A stretch of 64,000 bases of DNA from a virus. Below the pieces are notes generated by a model. That model searched no databases, was not told the origin of the DNA, and saw nothing but the letters and a program-made list of their open reading frames with translations. Below are positions 9,525-18,812 of the stretch, in pieces; within the stretch, counting starts at the first letter, position 1, and each line of letters begins with the position of its first letter. The stretch lies in IMG/VR virus record IMGVR_UViG_3300042923_000569, positions 195,772 through 259,771 of that record; one strand, 5' to 3'. Both the position numbers and the translations under genes were made by a program.

Positions 9525-9681
9525 GTTTAACCAAATCAGTAATGAGTACTTTTAACTCATTAGCAGCTTCGGTAATACTTGATAGATGATCTTTAAAGGT
9601 CATTTGTTCAAGTTCTTTTCGTGTTTTCTTACGCGAATTAGTTTTTTTCTTTTTCATAAGCTCACAACATGTCATTAACAT
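9487..9681 (-). CDS. small basic protein (~64 aa from the internal ATG)
   Basis: track ORF 9487..9693 starts at TTG; first ATG at 9681; weak RBS; overlaps both neighbours. Confidence 0.3.
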   Translation of the reverse strand: MLMTCCELMKKKKTNSRKKTRKELEQMTFKDHLSSITEAANELKVLITDLVKRGEERIKGKRGR

Positions 9682-10252
9682 TAAGTACTTCAACTAGTGG
9701 ATTGCTGAAGTCTTTAAATACGTCCATTTCACATTCTTCCACTACTAATGCAAACTTCATCATTGCATCAAAATCAGGTGGAACGTCACCCCATTCAACA
9801 CCTAGCAGATTGCGAATTTTCTCAATAGCTTCAGTGAATTGTTCTGGATCGATAAAGTCCATGATCAATGAACAAATGGCTCCACGCGAATCACCAAAAG
9901 TACAATTCAACTGCCGTCCACCTTCAACCCGAACCCAAATATCAGTACTAAGTTTAGTTTTAATGTGGTCGTAAATGTCACGAACTAAAGTGTGGTTACG
10001 TTCGATAATCAACCGGCGTGATTCTAAACATTCAAGAATATATGATACATCCGCATCGATTTCATAGTCGCCCATGTCGTCAATAGCATATTGCACACCA
10101 TCATGATAGATGCTGTACATATAATCCCCATCCTTCCAGTTACCACGTACTGTCCGTGGGACGATTCCCATACGTAAGTACTTTGTATACGTATTAGTCA
10201 TGACACTCGTCATTCTTCTTTTCCTTTTTAAATTTAGTCTAGATGCTATCAA
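9662..10252 (-). CDS. hypothetical protein (196 aa)
   Basis: ORF track. Confidence 0.55.
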   Translation of the reverse strand: MIASRLNLKRKRRMTSVMTNTYTKYLRMGIVPRTVRGNWKDGDYMYSIYHDGVQYAIDDMGDYEIDADVSYILECLESRRLIIERNHTLVRDIYDHIKTKLSTDIWVRVEGGRQLNCTFGDSRGAICSLIMDFIDPEQFTEAIEKIRNLLGVEWGDVPPDFDAMMKFALVVEECEMDVFKDFSNPLVEVLNVNDML

Positions 10253-10547
10253 CCTTCTCTTGTATTGTCAAGAGAAATAGCTGAATTTCTTCGATTTTTA
10301 TTTCGTTTGTGCATAAAAACGCCATTAATTCAGGAAGTACATAAAACAACTTAGCGAACGAACTAATTTCAGATTGATTAAACGAGAATCCCATTGGTAT
10401 AACACTGGAATTCCATACACCTTCGATTCTGTGCGATACTACTGCCATTATCACCCGATCACCGTACTCAACCGAAACATGCCGATAACCTGTCTGCTCA
10501 TTCTCTTCCCAAAACATGTGGCTCGTTTTAAAAACCATACTTCTCAC
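10239..10547 (-). CDS. hypothetical protein (102 aa)
   Basis: ORF track. Confidence 0.5.
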   Translation of the reverse strand: MRSMVFKTSHMFWEENEQTGYRHVSVEYGDRVIMAVVSHRIEGVWNSSVIPMGFSFNQSEISSFAKLFYVLPELMAFLCTNEIKIEEIQLFLLTIQEKVDSI

Positions 10548-11073
10548 CTAGTAGTTGTTTTAAGAGTTCAAAGTACGTCCTGTTCTTTGCGTGAGAACCC
10601 GGTGGCATCAAGCTACTGAATTCAGCAAAGTCATTACGTAAGATAGTATCACGAACGTTAGTACTTGAATAGGGATTATTTTCTCTAGGACCGGCACTAA
10701 CTGTTTGAACTGTATCGAAATTGTACAATTCTCCGTTATATTTGTGAAGCAGATCACCAAATTTACCAGACCTGTCGGACCCGCATAGCATGACAATATT
10801 ACTATAAAGTGGATCTAATTCTTCCAAAACACCAAATAACGTACTCGCATGATGTGGTTGAAAATACTTCATAATCCAGGGATAGTACTCTTCAATCATA
10901 TCAATTTTAAAGTCATACGGTAATTGCTCTGAGTTAGTTACGTACAACTTAATTTCAGAATTTGGAATCGTTTGTTGTAGTATAAGTGCTTGTTGAAACA
11001 TTTTTCCATGTCCCATATGAACCGGACTAAACTTACCATACATCATAATACATGTCTTTGGTGCAATGTTCAT
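10528..11073 (-). CDS. NMN/NaMN adenylyltransferase-like nucleotidyltransferase (NadD/NMNAT family)
   Basis: HxGH-type motif GKFSPVHMGH near the N-terminus and ISSTxIR-type motif YSSTNVRDTIL near the C-terminus. Confidence 0.7.
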   Translation of the reverse strand: MNIAPKTCIMMYGKFSPVHMGHGKMFQQALILQQTIPNSEIKLYVTNSEQLPYDFKIDMIEEYYPWIMKYFQPHHASTLFGVLEELDPLYSNIVMLCGSDRSGKFGDLLHKYNGELYNFDTVQTVSAGPRENNPYSSTNVRDTILRNDFAEFSSLMPPGSHAKNRTYFELLKQLLGEKYGF

Positions 11074-11078
11074 TGTTA

Positions 11079-11627
11079 TTACTCTAAGTCAATCCAAGGT
11101 TGCACTACAAAACCTATACTATGTAGTACTTCTAGTTTCTCTTTAGTAATATTGTTATCATAGATAACTAACATACTTGGAAATGGTGCACCTGATTTTT
11201 TATGAGAACCATCTTCTCTCCATGAAGGAAGACTACGGTTATCAAACTTCAGACGACCTTTAACAAAACAAATAGCTTCCGCTGAACCTTGAATATAATT
11301 GTGAAAGTATCTTGTATCGGTTCTTGCTGGTGGCAATGCAACAATAGTAGTTCCATTTACACGGTGTTCTTCATCAAACTTTTTAAACCATTTACTGATT
11401 TCTCTTCCGTAAGGAGGATTACACCAGACAGTTTCACCTTCCCATGAATGTGCAAGACCATCCGTTTCAGGTGTATAGTACTTCTCACATTTAGCAGTTT
11501 CATCCATTGCAGCAGGATCTAAAGTAAAGTTCCATACTGCGTTCAACCTCTGATAAAAATCATCAGGAGTATCCCACGTATTTGATGCTGAACTAAAATG
11601 AACTGATTTATTATTTTCTTCTTCCAT
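11079..11627 (-). CDS. phage DNA N6-adenine methyltransferase (Dam-like, PF05869-type)
   Basis: WDTPDDFY...FTLDPAA...ETDGL...WCNPPYGR: DPAA and NPPY catalytic motifs in the order typical of the phage Dam family. Confidence 0.8.
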   Translation of the reverse strand: MEEENNKSVHFSSASNTWDTPDDFYQRLNAVWNFTLDPAAMDETAKCEKYYTPETDGLAHSWEGETVWCNPPYGREISKWFKKFDEEHRVNGTTIVALPPARTDTRYFHNYIQGSAEAICFVKGRLKFDNRSLPSWREDGSHKKSGAPFPSMLVIYDNNITKEKLEVLHSIGFVVQPWIDLE

Positions 11628-11639
11628 GAAGTTTCCTTT

Positions 11640-12164
11640 TTAAATTAATTGACAGTACTTCGTAATCTCGTCAAATTCAGAACTATATCGATCTGATTCA
11701 AAACAGAACCTGAAGTAATGACCGTACCTAGCCATTAAGTTAAACATTTCATCTTCCTGAAAGACGTAAAACTTAAATTCACTAGGTTCTTCTTTATAGC
11801 CAATAAAATTGATAATTTCATTTGTCACATCTTTTCCATCGTAGTAGTACGTTCTGGATTCAAGATTTCCATTGATATCATATCTTTTATATTCACCATA
11901 GAGTTTGTTATTATGTTCAAAGTACTGAGAGCTGACTCGATTATTATTGTACCGGTTTTCTACATGTCCATAGTATTCAACTTTCTGAATGAGAGGTATT
12001 TTGGTGGGGCGATATGTTATAGTTGCAAGTACATTGTTCTGTTTGAACTCCGTAACTTTGCTTATTTTATTGTGGTCTATCTGAACACGATAGCCGATGA
12101 ACTCATTCAAATCTACGGAATCTTTTACGATTCCTGTTTTCTTACACTTGTACACGATTTTCAT
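11640..12164 (-). CDS. MORN/YwqK-like repeat protein (174 aa)
   Basis: repeated Y..NG.L..........G...G..YY.DG-type units. Confidence 0.5.
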   Translation of the reverse strand: MKIVYKCKKTGIVKDSVDLNEFIGYRVQIDHNKISKVTEFKQNNVLATITYRPTKIPLIQKVEYYGHVENRYNNNRVSSQYFEHNNKLYGEYKRYDINGNLESRTYYYDGKDVTNEIINFIGYKEEPSEFKFYVFQEDEMFNLMARYGHYFRFCFESDRYSSEFDEITKYCQLI

Positions 12165-12289
12165 TTACATCTCACGAATAGGAATCAGGATTATTTCTGA
12201 TTCATTGATACAAGGAACATCCTACGGACGTTCCAGTAAATCTCTTAACAGACTTCACTTACGTTACGTTCTGTAGAGATTTACATTTC

Positions 12290-12725
12290 TAACTTAAAAG
12301 GATTAATACGTTTAGTACTTTATACTGACGAGATTTGTTGATGCAATTTCATCCCCCCAAAAGGAGGGAAGAATAAAGGTCTGACGATGATAGTCTTAGC
12401 TTTTCATGTCACGAATTTCAAATTGAGCGGAAGCGGGTTGTCCTGTTTCTCCCTATCGCGGTTCTATACAACGGTCGTAGTCTTACTACACTGATTCTAA
12501 TAGCTACATGAACAGCTTTAGAATTGTCAAATTCAAGACGGATCTATATTGTACAAATCCAATCGCCAAATTTAACTCCCTTATACATTAGGTAGGTGCG
12601 ATCCTATATGTCTATCTAGGCATGAACTTATGTAGTACTGTCATGCTTTATACAGCCGCATTGCCGTGAGTGGTACAAACTATGCCAACATCTAACGGGT
12701 TTCTTTTGCTGTTCGTACTGAATGA
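12290..12725. other. ORF-free structured element, copy A (homologous to 61170-61640)
   Basis: ~435 bp with blocks of perfect identity to copy B (gccgcattgccg, gtacaaactatgcc, aactactcatct, ccttatatgtctatc) between divergent blocks; no ORF on the gene strand. Confidence 0.5.
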
Positions 12726-12810
12726 ACTACTCATCTGGTGTTTACTTTTCAACATCATCAGGTCTTCAACTATCCTTGTTGTACAAGGTCATTCAGAGTT
12801 TTTCTCAATT

Positions 12811-12840
12811 AAAAAAGGACAACACCCAAAGTGCTGTCCT
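12811..12840 (-). terminator. rho-independent terminator for the 273-aa gene
   Basis: on the minus strand, hairpin aggacagcactttgggtgttgtcct followed by TTTTTT. Confidence 0.6.
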
Positions 12841-12862
12841 AGTACTATTATACCACAAAAAA

Positions 12863-13684
12863 TTAAAACGTTTCATTTGTTAGCTGCATGATTTTAACAC
12901 ACAACTGCCGCATAAATTCAAAATTATTGTAGTTATATTCTTTCGTTGCATATACATCTTCATCATCATAACGGTAGAAATCAAAACACTTTTTAATATG
13001 GTCAACCGATACAGCAGTTTTGTGTATAAAATTTCGAGAATTATGTGGCACAAAATAAGTACTGAGATATGACATGATAGATGATTCATTCGAACTCAAT
13101 TCAAACTCACACAATTTAAAAACAGATTCATTGAACATAAAAGCTTTTTCATACTTTATATAAGGAATTAGTTCGTCGATAATATCCTGACGAAAAGCTT
13201 CTGGTACTTTAAACTCAAATACATCACTATCATTTGTTGGGTGAGAAAAATCGAAAAACTCTTGACTTGATGGATTATTAGGTGCGTAATAAAATCCATT
13301 AGTACTCCAACCGCTGCTGGCATCACCGGTCATTGATGCATTAGATGCTCTCTGTGCCGTATTACCAAACCCAACTTCTTTAGATTCTAGATTATAAGTA
13401 CAATAATTGTACTCAGTAACTCCTAATAATTCCAACTGAAAAGTTATTTCATCTGGAATATTAACTGGGATTATTCTAGTACAATCATTAGTATTGGAGA
13501 TGAATACATTGTTGCAACCAAACTTTGAACTTAAGTTATGAACTATTGAGTAAAAAGATGTACTTATCTCTAATGGCTTTCGGAACGTACTGTGTGGGTT
13601 TGCTGGTGTCCCCATTCCACTTGCAGAACCTATACTACCAGAACGATTGACATCGTGAAAAGTTATAAAAAAATTAACAAACAT
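12863..13684 (-). CDS. hypothetical protein (273 aa)
   Basis: ORF track. Confidence 0.55.
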   Translation of the reverse strand: MFVNFFITFHDVNRSGSIGSASGMGTPANPHSTFRKPLEISTSFYSIVHNLSSKFGCNNVFISNTNDCTRIIPVNIPDEITFQLELLGVTEYNYCTYNLESKEVGFGNTAQRASNASMTGDASSGWSTNGFYYAPNNPSSQEFFDFSHPTNDSDVFEFKVPEAFRQDIIDELIPYIKYEKAFMFNESVFKLCEFELSSNESSIMSYLSTYFVPHNSRNFIHKTAVSVDHIKKCFDFYRYDDEDVYATKEYNYNNFEFMRQLCVKIMQLTNETF

Positions 13685-14458
13685 TTAATATATCCTATTA
13701 TTTCTATCTCGCAAACTTACATTACCATCCATATCTAAACTAGATACAAAACTTGAAGAATCTACAAGAACACCTTCAGTTTCCATTACCTTTTTAAGAA
13801 TAGCATGTCGTCTAACAGCAGTTTCATATGAGTCTGGAATACGGGTGTCTTCGAATTTGCTTAGTGCAGGAATAATAATTGGATAGTCGAACGAATCTTT
13901 AATCTTTACTGCACGTTCCATTTTTTGGATATTAGTTTCTCCAAATGACCTTTTGAATTTATTTCGATTGGCATTAATAAAACCACTAGGAGTAGAATCA
14001 GCTACAACTTGGATTGATTCATTATTACCGAAAAGTACATAACTATGTTTGGTCCAGAATGGTTGTACTTGTACATCGTATATCATTGAAGTCACTGCTT
14101 CATAGATAGGTTCAATTTCTACACACGGAATATAATCACTATCAATTGCATACTTAAAATCATATGTCAATTCTCCGGTGCTGGATAAGTAACCAGTACT
14201 AGGAAGTATTAATGACATATCATTGATAAAGTTTATGATGTATTCAACCTCAGCCAGTTTAAATTCCTGACTGTACTGAACAAATAATGGATGTATTTTA
14301 TCCAAGTATAATTGCTTGAATTTATCGTTACAGTAATGATCGTTAAAGATATCCTCATAAAATAGCAGTCCTATAAGTTTAGGATCTATTTCATTTGCAG
14401 TACTGACAATATTGTCTTCCCAATCTTTTTGTAGTTTTTTAAGACTTTGTATTGACAT
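13685..14458 (-). CDS. hypothetical protein (257 aa)
   Basis: ORF track; abuts neighbours. Confidence 0.55.
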   Translation of the reverse strand: MSIQSLKKLQKDWEDNIVSTANEIDPKLIGLLFYEDIFNDHYCNDKFKQLYLDKIHPLFVQYSQEFKLAEVEYIINFINDMSLILPSTGYLSSTGELTYDFKYAIDSDYIPCVEIEPIYEAVTSMIYDVQVQPFWTKHSYVLFGNNESIQVVADSTPSGFINANRNKFKRSFGETNIQKMERAVKIKDSFDYPIIIPALSKFEDTRIPDSYETAVRRHAILKKVMETEGVLVDSSSFVSSLDMDGNVSLRDRNNRIY

Positions 14459-14784
14459 TAACTATCCTTTTCAATCCTTGCACGTGCTTTTACAATACTT
14501 GTATTAAGGAAAAATAATGATACAAAAGGCCAGAATACTAATGTACCTAATGAATATGCAAAAGTTCTTATAGAACTGAAGAATAAAATTTCGTACCAGT
14601 CATCATAATCACTCCATTCATAAAAATCAAGACCTAAGTACGTTTTTATTTTAGTTGGGGTTACATATTTTGCAGTATAAAGTTGTCGGAAATACGTGAA
14701 ACATGACTTTAGGTGCATTAGTACTATGTACATAAAGCCTAAAAGTCCAAAAGAAAAATAACCAATTATTAATATGGTGCTCAT
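14458..14784 (-). CDS. membrane protein (~108 aa)
   Basis: track ORF 14458..14808 begins at TTG inside the upstream terminator hairpin; first ATG (MSTILIIGYFSF...) at 14784; hydrophobic. Confidence 0.45.
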   Translation of the reverse strand: MSTILIIGYFSFGLLGFMYIVLMHLKSCFTYFRQLYTAKYVTPTKIKTYLGLDFYEWSDYDDWYEILFFSSIRTFAYSLGTLVFWPFVSLFFLNTSIVKARARIEKDS

Positions 14785-14794
14785 ATTTTTGTCC

Positions 14795-14817
14795 AAAAAA
14801 AAGGGCAATTAAGCCCT
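14795..14817 (-). terminator. rho-independent terminator
   Basis: minus strand agggcttaattgccct then T8. Confidence 0.55.
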
Positions 14818-14824
14818 TTATAGT

Positions 14825-15064
14825 TTAGTGATAACGTGAACCGGTATAAACCTGCTCAGTAATATCAAAGTCTAGATAATGAAATGATTGTTCAAATCCT
14901 TCAATCATAATAAATGCTGAACCGCCTTTAATGCACGTCAATGGAATACCAGGTTCAATGATATTTTTATAAACCGAACTTTCTTTTAAAGTGATTACAT
15001 CACCAGTGAATGCACCACGCCAATATTTTTCACTTCTTAGTTCATGACTTACTGCGTCAGACAT
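14825..15064 (-). CDS. hypothetical protein (79 aa)
   Basis: ORF track. Confidence 0.45.
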   Translation of the reverse strand: MSDAVSHELRSEKYWRGAFTGDVITLKESSVYKNIIEPGIPLTCIKGGSAFIMIEGFEQSFHYLDFDITEQVYTGSRYH

Positions 15065-15076
15065 ATAAATTCCTTA

Positions 15077-15424
15077 TTAGTGATTAGTACTGTAAGCGTA
15101 AGCTGGACGTAATAGTTCCTGTGGGTTAATCTCCGGTACAAGTACGGTAACTTTTACCTGATAATCTTCTCCAGAAACTGGATGTGTAAGTGTTTCGTAG
15201 TGAATGGATTCAATGAAGGTTTCATAGTCTTCCTGAGAACGGGTCACTACTGAAGCAGCAAATTTCTTACGACTTTCAGTTTTCATTGTTATGCTGATGA
15301 TTTCAACTTCTTCGTTATATTCATCAACACTGTTTTCGTCATATGAATCTTCATGAAGTACTTTCTGTACTACTGGTTCATCATGACCATCGAACATATT
15401 AAATTTGTCATTTCCTTTTGACAT
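15077..15424 (-). CDS. hypothetical protein (115 aa, acidic)
   Basis: ORF track. Confidence 0.5.
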   Translation of the reverse strand: MSKGNDKFNMFDGHDEPVVQKVLHEDSYDENSVDEYNEEVEIISITMKTESRKKFAASVVTRSQEDYETFIESIHYETLTHPVSGEDYQVKVTVLVPEINPQELLRPAYAYSTNH

Positions 15425-15447
15425 AATTTCTTCCTTAGTATAAAAAT

Positions 15448-15849
15448 TTATTGTTGAGACGCAACAAACTCAGTAATGGTTTGTTTAAAAAGCTCAATTT
15501 GTTTTTCGACGGTTTTACGTTCTACGATTTCTGGAACTTCTTCTTTAAGTTGTTCACATGCAGCGATCAAGAATTCATAATCAGAATCACAATTTTGATA
15601 TGCAGAAGTTAACGCTTCCCAATCTTTGGAAATCGAATCATCAGAACTTACACGGTACTTAGGCCATAGCGAACCATAATCTTTAACGGACTTACCATTC
15701 AATACACGAATTGCATTGAAAATCTGCCCGATAGTAAAATGTTTAGTATTTTGTAAATCTTCAATGCAGCACAACATGTCAGTACCATCTTTACTGATTA
15801 GTAGTACTCCTGTAATTGCTTTTAGATAACCAGAATGTGTATTACTCAT
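15448..15849 (-). CDS. hypothetical protein (133 aa)
   Basis: ORF track. Confidence 0.5.
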   Translation of the reverse strand: MSNTHSGYLKAITGVLLISKDGTDMLCCIEDLQNTKHFTIGQIFNAIRVLNGKSVKDYGSLWPKYRVSSDDSISKDWEALTSAYQNCDSDYEFLIAACEQLKEEVPEIVERKTVEKQIELFKQTITEFVASQQ

Positions 15850-15895
15850 TGTTTTTAAACCCTCTCTTTAGGTGCGTATATTATACCACAAAGTT

Positions 15896-16216
15896 CTATA
15901 GTGTTTCATTTTCTTCTGGAACTTCTAGGACTTTATGCCATTCATTAAAGTCCATAAGCATAAGAAAGAAATTGTCTTCATCTTCATCATCCATGTACTG
16001 TACTAATGCATACAGAAACTTATCAGCTTCTTCTTTAACAAAAAATTTTGAAGCAGTTTTAATCCTGTCCAATGCCATTTTGTATGGGACATTTCTCTCT
16101 ACATGAATAATAGAATCATCAAAAAACTGAACTTTATCCGCAGACCAAGGCCAGCCACGTTTCCCTAGCCAAATAAAAACTGGTACGTCATCTTTAAACT
16201 TCAACTTCCGTTTCAT
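15896..16216 (-). CDS. hypothetical protein (106 aa)
   Basis: ORF track. Confidence 0.5.
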   Translation of the reverse strand: MKRKLKFKDDVPVFIWLGKRGWPWSADKVQFFDDSIIHVERNVPYKMALDRIKTASKFFVKEEADKFLYALVQYMDDEDEDNFFLMLMDFNEWHKVLEVPEENETL

Positions 16217-17084
16217 TCTCTTTCATCTCTATCTGTGCTAACATGTCTCTGAACATACTTTTATTACCGACTTCTGTTTCTGAACAGTACTGTACGCTTT
16301 TCTTTAGAACATATAAACCTTGTTGATAGCATTGGAATAGTTCATTAGTTGGAAGCATCAAATCAATATGAAAACAATTTATTTCGTTGTAAAGATTTAT
16401 TATCGATGCATCTTTTAAGTTAGGAAGTACTATCGGATTTCGAAGATAACCATTTCTTTTGCTATCACCAGTAGAACACCAGAAAGTAACTCTCTTATGT
16501 TTATAATTTAATTGCACAGTACTACCGTCACCAAAAAATAATAGACTGCAAGTACAAACACCTTTTGAGTTATAGTACTCTCTTATATTGACGCCATTAG
16601 GCATTAACATGAAAAATTCAGTAGTGCCATTTCGATTAATCTTTTTAGTGTATCTATGATTTTCAAAGTACATAGTATATTCCTGACGCTGAATATCCAT
16701 CCGTAATTTTCTAGTATCACTGAATTCATATCTCTTAGTACTTAATGTTTTAGTACCATCTTTCTTTATCTTGTAGCTGAATCCAACATTATCAAGATCT
16801 ATTCTTTCTAAAAAACGCTCACTTATATAGTGTAATCTGTAAATTCCATCAACCTCTTTAATTGAAAATTCATAATTTTCATTTGGTTCTAACTTTCTAG
16901 AGCTATGACAATAAGATTGGGCTTTATAATGGATATCATTAATTCGATAGTGCTGCTGAGAACCAGTTCTTCCAACAAAAAAATGTACTCGGTTTTCATC
17001 AGTTCCGATTACAAGTGGACTGTTATATCTGTACTTTGCATATTCTATCGCTTCATGTACTGAGTACTGTTTTAAATCAAACAT
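16194..17084 (-). CDS. MORN/YwqK-like repeat protein (296 aa)
   Basis: repeated Y.F..-..G-containing units resembling those in 11640..12164. Confidence 0.5.
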   Translation of the reverse strand: MFDLKQYSVHEAIEYAKYRYNSPLVIGTDENRVHFFVGRTGSQQHYRINDIHYKAQSYCHSSRKLEPNENYEFSIKEVDGIYRLHYISERFLERIDLDNVGFSYKIKKDGTKTLSTKRYEFSDTRKLRMDIQRQEYTMYFENHRYTKKINRNGTTEFFMLMPNGVNIREYYNSKGVCTCSLLFFGDGSTVQLNYKHKRVTFWCSTGDSKRNGYLRNPIVLPNLKDASIINLYNEINCFHIDLMLPTNELFQCYQQGLYVLKKSVQYCSETEVGNKSMFRDMLAQIEMKENETEVEV

Positions 17085-17266
17085 TATTTCTTTCCATAAA
17101 CGTCAAAGGACGCATCATAGCGTCCTTTGTATTTCCCATTACCTTTTTTCATTTCTTTCTTTTGATCAACAAACGTTTTTGGTTTGTTAAAAGTCTCCAT
17201 ATGCTTTGCAACAGGATTCTCAACAATTGGTGTAAGTTTTTTTACACCCTTTTTAGACTTTGCCAT
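17084..17266 (-). CDS. small basic protein (60 aa)
   Basis: ORF track; Lys-rich. Confidence 0.4.
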   Translation of the reverse strand: MAKSKKGVKKLTPIVENPVAKHMETFNKPKTFVDQKKEMKKGNGKYKGRYDASFDVYGKK

Positions 17267-17269
17267 CTG

Positions 17270-17746
17270 TTACTCCAGTTGAGGGTTTTTTAATGTTAAA
17301 CTTTCTATATCGTCGGAGGTTATCATAACATGCGGTTCACCTTCTGTAAAGAGAAAATCATGATAACTTTCACTTACAGTAAAATGATCCATAACAAAAC
17401 CTTTGGACAGAAACATTAAAATATGTTTGTCATCTGGCTTGGTGTAGGTATTACGTAACTTCTCTACTTCGGATTGTGGGGTACTTCCTGGGTTGTTTCT
17501 CATGACACACTGATTGAAAGTAGTGTTCATTGTCATTGGCGTAGCCATAATCCATTTCTCAGTACTGTTAACAGTTACTGCAAAACAATTACAATTAGGA
17601 TTATTGAAAAATTCGTACATAGTTGTACTACAAAGGAATAGACATTGTACAATATCCTTGATAGAAAACATTAACCCATGTACCTCAAATGCATCTTTAG
17701 TGATCACATCTTCAATCGGCCCATTATCTTTATGAATAATATTCAT
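17270..17746 (-). CDS. hypothetical protein (158 aa)
   Basis: ORF track; preceded by a TATAAATA late-promoter-like box. Confidence 0.55.
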   Translation of the reverse strand: MNIIHKDNGPIEDVITKDAFEVHGLMFSIKDIVQCLFLCSTTMYEFFNNPNCNCFAVTVNSTEKWIMATPMTMNTTFNQCVMRNNPGSTPQSEVEKLRNTYTKPDDKHILMFLSKGFVMDHFTVSESYHDFLFTEGEPHVMITSDDIESLTLKNPQLE

Positions 17747-17794
17747 GTGTTCACTCCTTGAACTCTTTTAATGCACGTTCCAGTGCTCTAAAAG

Positions 17795-17802
17795 TATTTA
17801 TA
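17795..17802 (-). promoter_or_regulatory. T4-type late promoter box TATAAATA
   Basis: minus strand gagTATAAATActtt about 50 nt upstream of the ATG at 17746; the only exact match seen among intergenic regions. Confidence 0.45.
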
Positions 17803-17821
17803 CTCATCCTTGAGTACATGT

Positions 17822-18265
17822 TTAGGCCGCAGCAATTTTCCGCAAGAATTCACTATGAACTCTACGGCACATTTCTATAGTACTTTGCATTGTACTGTAA
17901 TCAAATTCAACCGGTAATCCAAACACGGAACCGTTGTTGTCAAACACTTCAGGAAGTTCTTCTAACGTAAAAGTACCTTCAAATAGGTTAGTACTCAGTT
18001 CAGAACCAGCTTGAACAAAAAAGAACTCAGGACTATATCGTATTACAAGATTCTTCTTGTCAATAGCAATATTACATAAATCCTGTAAGTTCTGTGTTCG
18101 TACTTTTAACTTGAATACATTCTTTCGTACTTCCTGTACATCAAGTGAGTATCCGTCACCGATGTAGTAGTTATTTCTTGGGGCTAAGTCTAACCCGTTA
18201 ATGTTACTTAAAATATCCTGAATAATAAAATTTATAGGATCAATATTATCAATTATACTAAGCAT
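17822..18265 (-). CDS. member of the tandem YFQ-motif paralog family (147 aa)
   Basis: ...EFFFVQ...TLEELPE resembles the shared motif of the array. Confidence 0.5.
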   Translation of the reverse strand: MLSIIDNIDPINFIIQDILSNINGLDLAPRNNYYIGDGYSLDVQEVRKNVFKLKVRTQNLQDLCNIAIDKKNLVIRYSPEFFFVQAGSELSTNLFEGTFTLEELPEVFDNNGSVFGLPVEFDYSTMQSTIEMCRRVHSEFLRKIAAA

Positions 18266-18812
18266 TACTCAAACCCATTTCATCTAGTAATTTATCAATT
18301 GCTTTGATATGATGTTCCTCCAAATCTCCCATAGAAACTTGCAAAGAAACAATTTCTAAATCTTTTATTTCATTTAGTAACTTACATGATTCCTCGTAAA
18401 AGAATTCTTCAGGTAAATCGTATCGTGTTAAGTTCTGAAAATACATAGCTTCATCGTGAACAAAAGGATACTCAATCCTTAACTCATCAAAGTATGCTAC
18501 TTGGCACGTCTTATTTAATGGACTATAATTTATCCATCTTGGATTAACTGAGTTACCGGAATTAATTTCCTGATAGTGCAACATACCAGCACAGTTAGTA
18601 CTTTTAAAACTTTCCGACCTGTCCGTGCAAATCCTGACAGAAACATTGTGATCTTTTACAATTACAATTTCTACATCATCGCATTTAGATACAATCTTGT
18701 GACTATGATTATTCTCTTGAAAGTACTTGTCAAGCTTAATAAGAGAATCAATAATAAACTTACCTGAATCTAGGAGTTCTTTATATTCTTCACGCGTTAA
18801 ATTAATTTTCAT
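18258..18812 (-). CDS. tandem YFQ-motif paralog (184 aa)
   Basis: YPFVHDEAMYFQNLTRYDLPEEFF. Confidence 0.55.
   Translation of the reverse strand: MKINLTREEYKELLDSGKFIIDSLIKLDKYFQENNHSHKIVSKCDDVEIVIVKDHNVSVRICTDRSESFKSTNCAGMLHYQEINSGNSVNPRWINYSPLNKTCQVAYFDELRIEYPFVHDEAMYFQNLTRYDLPEEFFYEESCKLLNEIKDLEIVSLQVSMGDLEEHHIKAIDKLLDEMGLSNA

Noticed and set aside
12300-12400. Hammerhead-ribozyme core (CUGACGAG matches CUGANGA)
   Set aside because: The second copy has CTGACAAG, which breaks the essential G. No proper helix II/GAAA/helix III arrangement follows.
12400-12500. tRNA genes in the long non-coding gaps
   Set aside because: No T-arm (GGTTCGANTCC-like) or acceptor/anticodon cloverleaf could be found in any of the ORF-free regions examined.
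12200-12860. Group I intron interpretation of the two homologous ~450-bp elements (GATGATAGTC resembles an S/P7 element; AGACTA on the other strand resembles R)
   Set aside because: Flanking ORFs differ completely between the two copies, so they cannot be exons of one interrupted gene. No convincing P/Q/R/S set or internal homing-endonuclease ORF could be assembled by eye. Left open as an unclassified structured element.
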